Shown: piece after piece, positions 8,300 through 10,758 of the stretch
Position numbering within the stretch: the stretch's first letter is position 1
Layout: each line of letters opens with the position of its first letter
DNA from: Promethearchaeota archaeon
GTDB taxonomy: Archaea > Asgardarchaeota > Lokiarchaeia > Sigyniarchaeales > SOKP01
Assembly (NCBI GenBank): GCA_016840085.1
Contig: JAEOTA010000071.1
Span: 1-10,758, forward strand
DNA: 10,758 nucleotides
Reading direction: 5' to 3'
Position numbers and translations under genes: made by a program
The notes under the pieces: generated by a model
The model's input: the letters and a program-made list of their open reading frames with translations, nothing else
Told to the model about the DNA's origin: nothing
The model's database searches: none

Positions 8300-8689
8300 A
8301 TGGGATTTGATGATGAGTTTGATGAGGAATTTGATGAAGAATTAGACGAAGATTTGGATGAGGAATTAGATGAACCTTCTTCAAAGACACCAGAAGAAGT
8401 AGTTGAATCTAAAACTCCAGCCACTAGAATAGTTACTGAGGGGAATAAGATTTCCGTATACTTTATGTCGACTATTGGACCGGGTGAAAAAAAACAAAAA
8501 TTAAATGTAAATACAGGTAATAACGTGGGAGACGTTAAAGAAACGGTAGCAAATTTATTTGGATTAGATCCTGCTGATTTTCATTTATCATCAGGGGGAG
8601 TTACAATGGATGAGAGCTCAGTTTTAAAAGATTATAATATAAGTGATGGTGACGATATTCTTTTAATTCCAGCAAGTACAGCGGGTTAA
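8300..8689 (+). CDS. Ubiquitin-like (beta-grasp) protein with acidic N-terminal extension and C-terminal Ala-Gly (Ubl-A)
   Basis: The last 65 aa align without gaps to ubiquitin 12-76 with 15 identities by manual count (L15,V17,V26,K27,G35,P38,L43,G47,L56,D58,Y59,N60,I61,L69,G76), e.g. LKDYNI vs LSDYNI. About 50 aa of acidic, probably disordered N-tail. Confidence 0.88.
   Translation: MGFDDEFDEEFDEELDEDLDEELDEPSSKTPEEVVESKTPATRIVTEGNKISVYFMSTIGPGEKKQKLNVNTGNNVGDVKETVANLFGLDPADFHLSSGGVTMDESSVLKDYNISDGDDILLIPASTAG
8306..8377 (+). repeat. Six imperfect 12-bp coding tandem repeats
   Basis: tttgatgatgag/tttgatgaggaa/tttgatgaagaa/ttagacgaagat/ttggatgaggaa/ttagatgaacct encode FDDE FDEE FDEE LDED LDEE LDEP. 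Confidence 0.85.
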
Positions 8690-8738
8690 ATTCTTTTTTG
8701 ATTTAAAACAAACTATAATAAAACTACTTTATCTTTTT
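8690..8738. terminator. Probable T-tract termination zone between convergent genes
   Basis: ttctttttt directly follows the Ubl-A stop, and there are short T runs on the opposite strand. Archaeal oligo-T type, no hairpin. Confidence 0.35.
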
Positions 8739-9533
8739 TTAGCTTTTTTCTTTCCTTGAGGGAATTAGAGCAATTTCATCATCATCATCGATATCATAAT
8801 CTTTAATAAGTGAGTTTTCATCTAAAATTATCCCTCCAGAAGAAAGTAGAAAAGTTTTTAGTTCATAATCAAAGAATCTGCTAATCTTCTCTTTGATTAT
8901 ACCTGCTACTTCACTAGTATCAATTATAATTATTTTTGTTTTCTCACCAGGTTCAACGAGTGATCTAATATAAACTCGGATTTGATCTTCAATTTTAGTA
9001 GAGCTCAGAACTGGTGAATAAGTAATTTCTTCATCAGTTTTATCTTTATTTTTCAGCATCTTTTCTATTATTTTATTTCTCTCATTTGGATCAAAGTAAA
9101 GCATTTCCCGGATAAATAAAATCTTGTCCATTTTTGATAAGTCTAGTAAATTTATTTTATTTATTTCGTCTTGACTAAAAACTGAAAAAATATATTTTTC
9201 AATTATAGGTATATCCTTATAAGATTCATCTGATTCAACATAATCTTCAATTAAAGGCATGGCATCAATATAATCTTCAATAATATTAGCTGATTTCATT
9301 TTAATTGATATTGTTTCAGGTAAAATTTTTTTTTTATTTATTTTCTCATCCCAAATACCTTTAGAATGTATAACTGTATATACAGTACTAGTAGAGAGTA
9401 ATGCAACACTACCTATAGTTAGAATGAGAAATATTGAATTATTTTCTATGCGAAATAGGAAAAAAAAGGTATAAATCACGACGCAAAAAGTGTAAAGAGC
9501 AATAAGGCTTAAAATTCTATTTTTTTTCCTCAT
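8739..9533 (-). CDS. Two-TM membrane protein with C-terminal ubiquitin-like domain lacking the terminal Gly (Ubl-M)
   Basis: Basic N-terminus MRKKNR, two hydrophobic segments (about aa 7-27 and 34-55) and a helical middle domain. The last 80 aa (8739-8981) align ungapped to the Ubl-A domain at 32/79 identities (PGEK, LSSGG, DE, KDY, LIP). Ends SRKEKS. Confidence 0.85.
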   Translation of the reverse strand: MRKKNRILSLIALYTFCVVIYTFFFLFRIENNSIFLILTIGSVALLSTSTVYTVIHSKGIWDEKINKKKILPETISIKMKSANIIEDYIDAMPLIEDYVESDESYKDIPIIEKYIFSVFSQDEINKINLLDLSKMDKILFIREMLYFDPNERNKIIEKMLKNKDKTDEEITYSPVLSSTKIEDQIRVYIRSLVEPGEKTKIIIIDTSEVAGIIKEKISRFFDYELKTFLLSSGGIILDENSLIKDYDIDDDDEIALIPSRKEKS

Positions 9534-9618
9534 GATTTTTTAATTAGATCATTTTCTGAATTTAAAATATATAATTTAAAATTTAAATGGGATTGGAATG
9601 AATATGAAGTTTTTATAC

Positions 9619-10290
9619 TCATACACCTTGAATTAATTTTCTAACCTTTGTATATTTCTTTGTGTTAAATATGAATAATTTTCTTTTATTATCTTTTTCA
9701 ATTTTTACTAAATTCAGATCTTTTAAGATATCTAAATATTTTTTAATCGTATTATGATTCTTTTTTAAACCAGCCGCTATTTCTGTAATTTTTAATGCTT
9801 TGTTTTCTTGCTTCATAAAATCAATTATTTTTTGAAGGATTTTTTTCTTTAAATAATAGTATAACTCGTCAAACTTAGGATTTGAATCAAATTTGAAGAA
9901 AATTCTATGATTGTTTATTTGTTTTGATCTAACAAATTGGAATTTTTCTAAACATGATAAATGCCATAAAGCTTGATTACTTCCGATATTTAGAGTATTC
10001 ATTATTTCATTAATATTTGAGGGATTCTTCTTAATGTAATTAAAAATCTCATTTCTTTTTGGATGTTCGATAATATTATTTTTCATTAATCTTGTACCAG
10101 GGATAATAACACGCTGTTTAATTAAATCCTTTAAGATTAACTCTATTCGATTCTCATTTATATTAGGATTGTATCTCACTCTATTATTTATAAATGATAT
10201 AATTTCTCTCAATGAAAAGAAGGTCTTTTTCGTTAAATACTCTTCTACTAATTCAAGAACAACTGATTCTGCATTATCCAGAGAACTCAT
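9619..10290 (-). CDS. Multi-winged-helix transcriptional regulator (ArsR-like repeats, COG3398-like)
   Basis: Two clear wHTH units (HPKRNEIFNYIKKNP..INEIMNTLNI...ALWHLSCLEKFQFV and KIIDFMKQ...ITEIAAGLKKNHNTIKKYLDILKDLNLV) and a probable third N-terminal one (FSLREIISFI...IELILKDLIKQRVI). Confidence 0.85.
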   Translation of the reverse strand: MSSLDNAESVVLELVEEYLTKKTFFSLREIISFINNRVRYNPNINENRIELILKDLIKQRVIIPGTRLMKNNIIEHPKRNEIFNYIKKNPSNINEIMNTLNIGSNQALWHLSCLEKFQFVRSKQINNHRIFFKFDSNPKFDELYYYLKKKILQKIIDFMKQENKALKITEIAAGLKKNHNTIKKYLDILKDLNLVKIEKDNKRKLFIFNTKKYTKVRKLIQGV

Positions 10291-10445
10291 AAGCCTATAC
10301 TTTTATTGCGTTGAAATTTATGGTCTTGTAAATTTGTATTCTCTCTAAAACAACATTTTTTGATTTATATATATTAATAGGCATCCATACAATTTATAAT
10401 ATCATTTCTTTCGCCTCCTACCATATTCTTTTACATTTTAAAAAA

Positions 10446-10473
10446 TGGCTTGAAAAACTTCAAAATCATGCCA
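10446..10473. promoter_or_regulatory. Candidate operator: imperfect inverted repeat tggcttga-N12-tcatgcca
   Basis: 8-bp arms with one mismatch, relatively GC-rich, in the divergent intergenic region between the wHTH gene and Ubl-B, directly before an aagggttttattatat TATA-like element. Confidence 0.3.
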
Positions 10474-10563
10474 AAGGGTTTTATTATATCTTTTTAATGC
10501 GATTTTATTAAGTAAAAAAAAATAGAACAAAATAAAAAATAACAGAAAAAAGAAGTGTTTTGA

Positions 10564-10758
10564 ATGAGTTTTGATGAATTTGATGAGGATTTAGGTGGGG
10601 AGGAACCTTTAAAATCTAAAACTCCCGCTACTAAGACCCCTTCCGCAGGAAAAAAACTTACTTTATATTTCATGTCAACGATTGGTCCTGGTGAAAAAAA
10701 GGAAAAATTAACAGTTAATGACAGCAATCAGGTAAGAGATATTAAACAAACTTTAGGC
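10564..10758 (+). CDS. Second ubiquitin-like protein, paralog of Ubl-A (Ubl-B), truncated by the window end
   Basis: Not in the ORF track. Manual translation: MSFDEFDEDLGGEEPLKSKTPATKTPSAGKKLTLYFMSTIGPGEKKEKLTVNDSNQVRDIKQTLG. 29/48 identical to Ubl-A from SKTPAT on, including an identical YFMSTIGPGEKK. Confidence 0.9.
   Translation, partial: MSFDEFDEDLGGEEPLKSKTPATKTPSAGKKLTLYFMSTIGPGEKKEKLTVNDSNQVRDIKQTLG

Noticed and set aside
8306-8377. Tandem repeat as a CRISPR array or as ATG8-interacting (LIR) motifs
   Set aside because: The units are 12 bp, in frame and without spacers. Hydrophobic residues are spaced i,i+4, not the i,i+3 of [WFY]xx[LIV].
8200-8424. Ser-rich minus-strand ORF (SSSN repeats)
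   Set aside because: Antisense of the Ubl-A acidic repeat.
8300-8689. Calling Ubl-A canonical ubiquitin, SUMO, SAMP/MoaD/ThiS or UFM1
   Set aside because: It has no Gly-Gly, low identity to ubiquitin, no I44/K48/K63 equivalents, and UFM1 similarity limited mainly to tail spacing. No gene symbol is justified.
8739-8760. C-terminal SRKEKS as a dilysine ER-retrieval signal
   Set aside because: The lysines are at -2 and -4, not the -3/-4 or -3/-5 required, and the context is prokaryotic.
9619-10290. Tandem winged helices as an ESCRT-II (Vps22/25/36)-like protein next to Ubl genes
   Set aside because: The motifs (R..I...I...P, WHL..LE, TIKKYL..L) fit ArsR-like DNA-binding wHTHs, and no ESCRT-III or Vps4 gene is in the window.
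10494-10727. 77 aa minus-strand ORF resembling the 8200-8424 ORF (AGVLD, SSSNSS)
   Set aside because: Antisense of Ubl-B. The similarity comes from the paralogy on the + strand.

Overview
AT-rich archaeal-type window with 12 probable protein-coding genes and no RNA genes, CRISPR array or mobile element that I can support. An Asgard (Lokiarchaeia-like) origin is my inference, based on an archaeal FtsZ1, an EndoQ-family protein, a multi-winged-helix regulator and ubiquitin-fold proteins. The left half is mostly housekeeping: a PNPOx-like protein, an ArsB/NhaD/SLC13-type permease, ftsZ, a small zinc-ribbon protein, and a minus-strand run of coiled-coil protein, nucleotidyltransferase, EndoQ-like PHP nuclease and GNAT. 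The most interesting part is 8300-10758, where three genes carry the same non-canonical ubiquitin-like (Ubl) domain around a triple winged-helix regulator. (i) A free Ubl with an acidic repeat N-tail ends in -PASTAG, a single terminal Gly in exact ubiquitin G76 register. (ii) A convergent 2-TM membrane protein has a C-terminal copy of the same Ubl that lacks the terminal Gly. (iii) A second free paralog at 10564, missed by the ORF track, runs off the window end. No E1/E2/E3/JAB gene is visible here, so conjugation is a hypothesis only.
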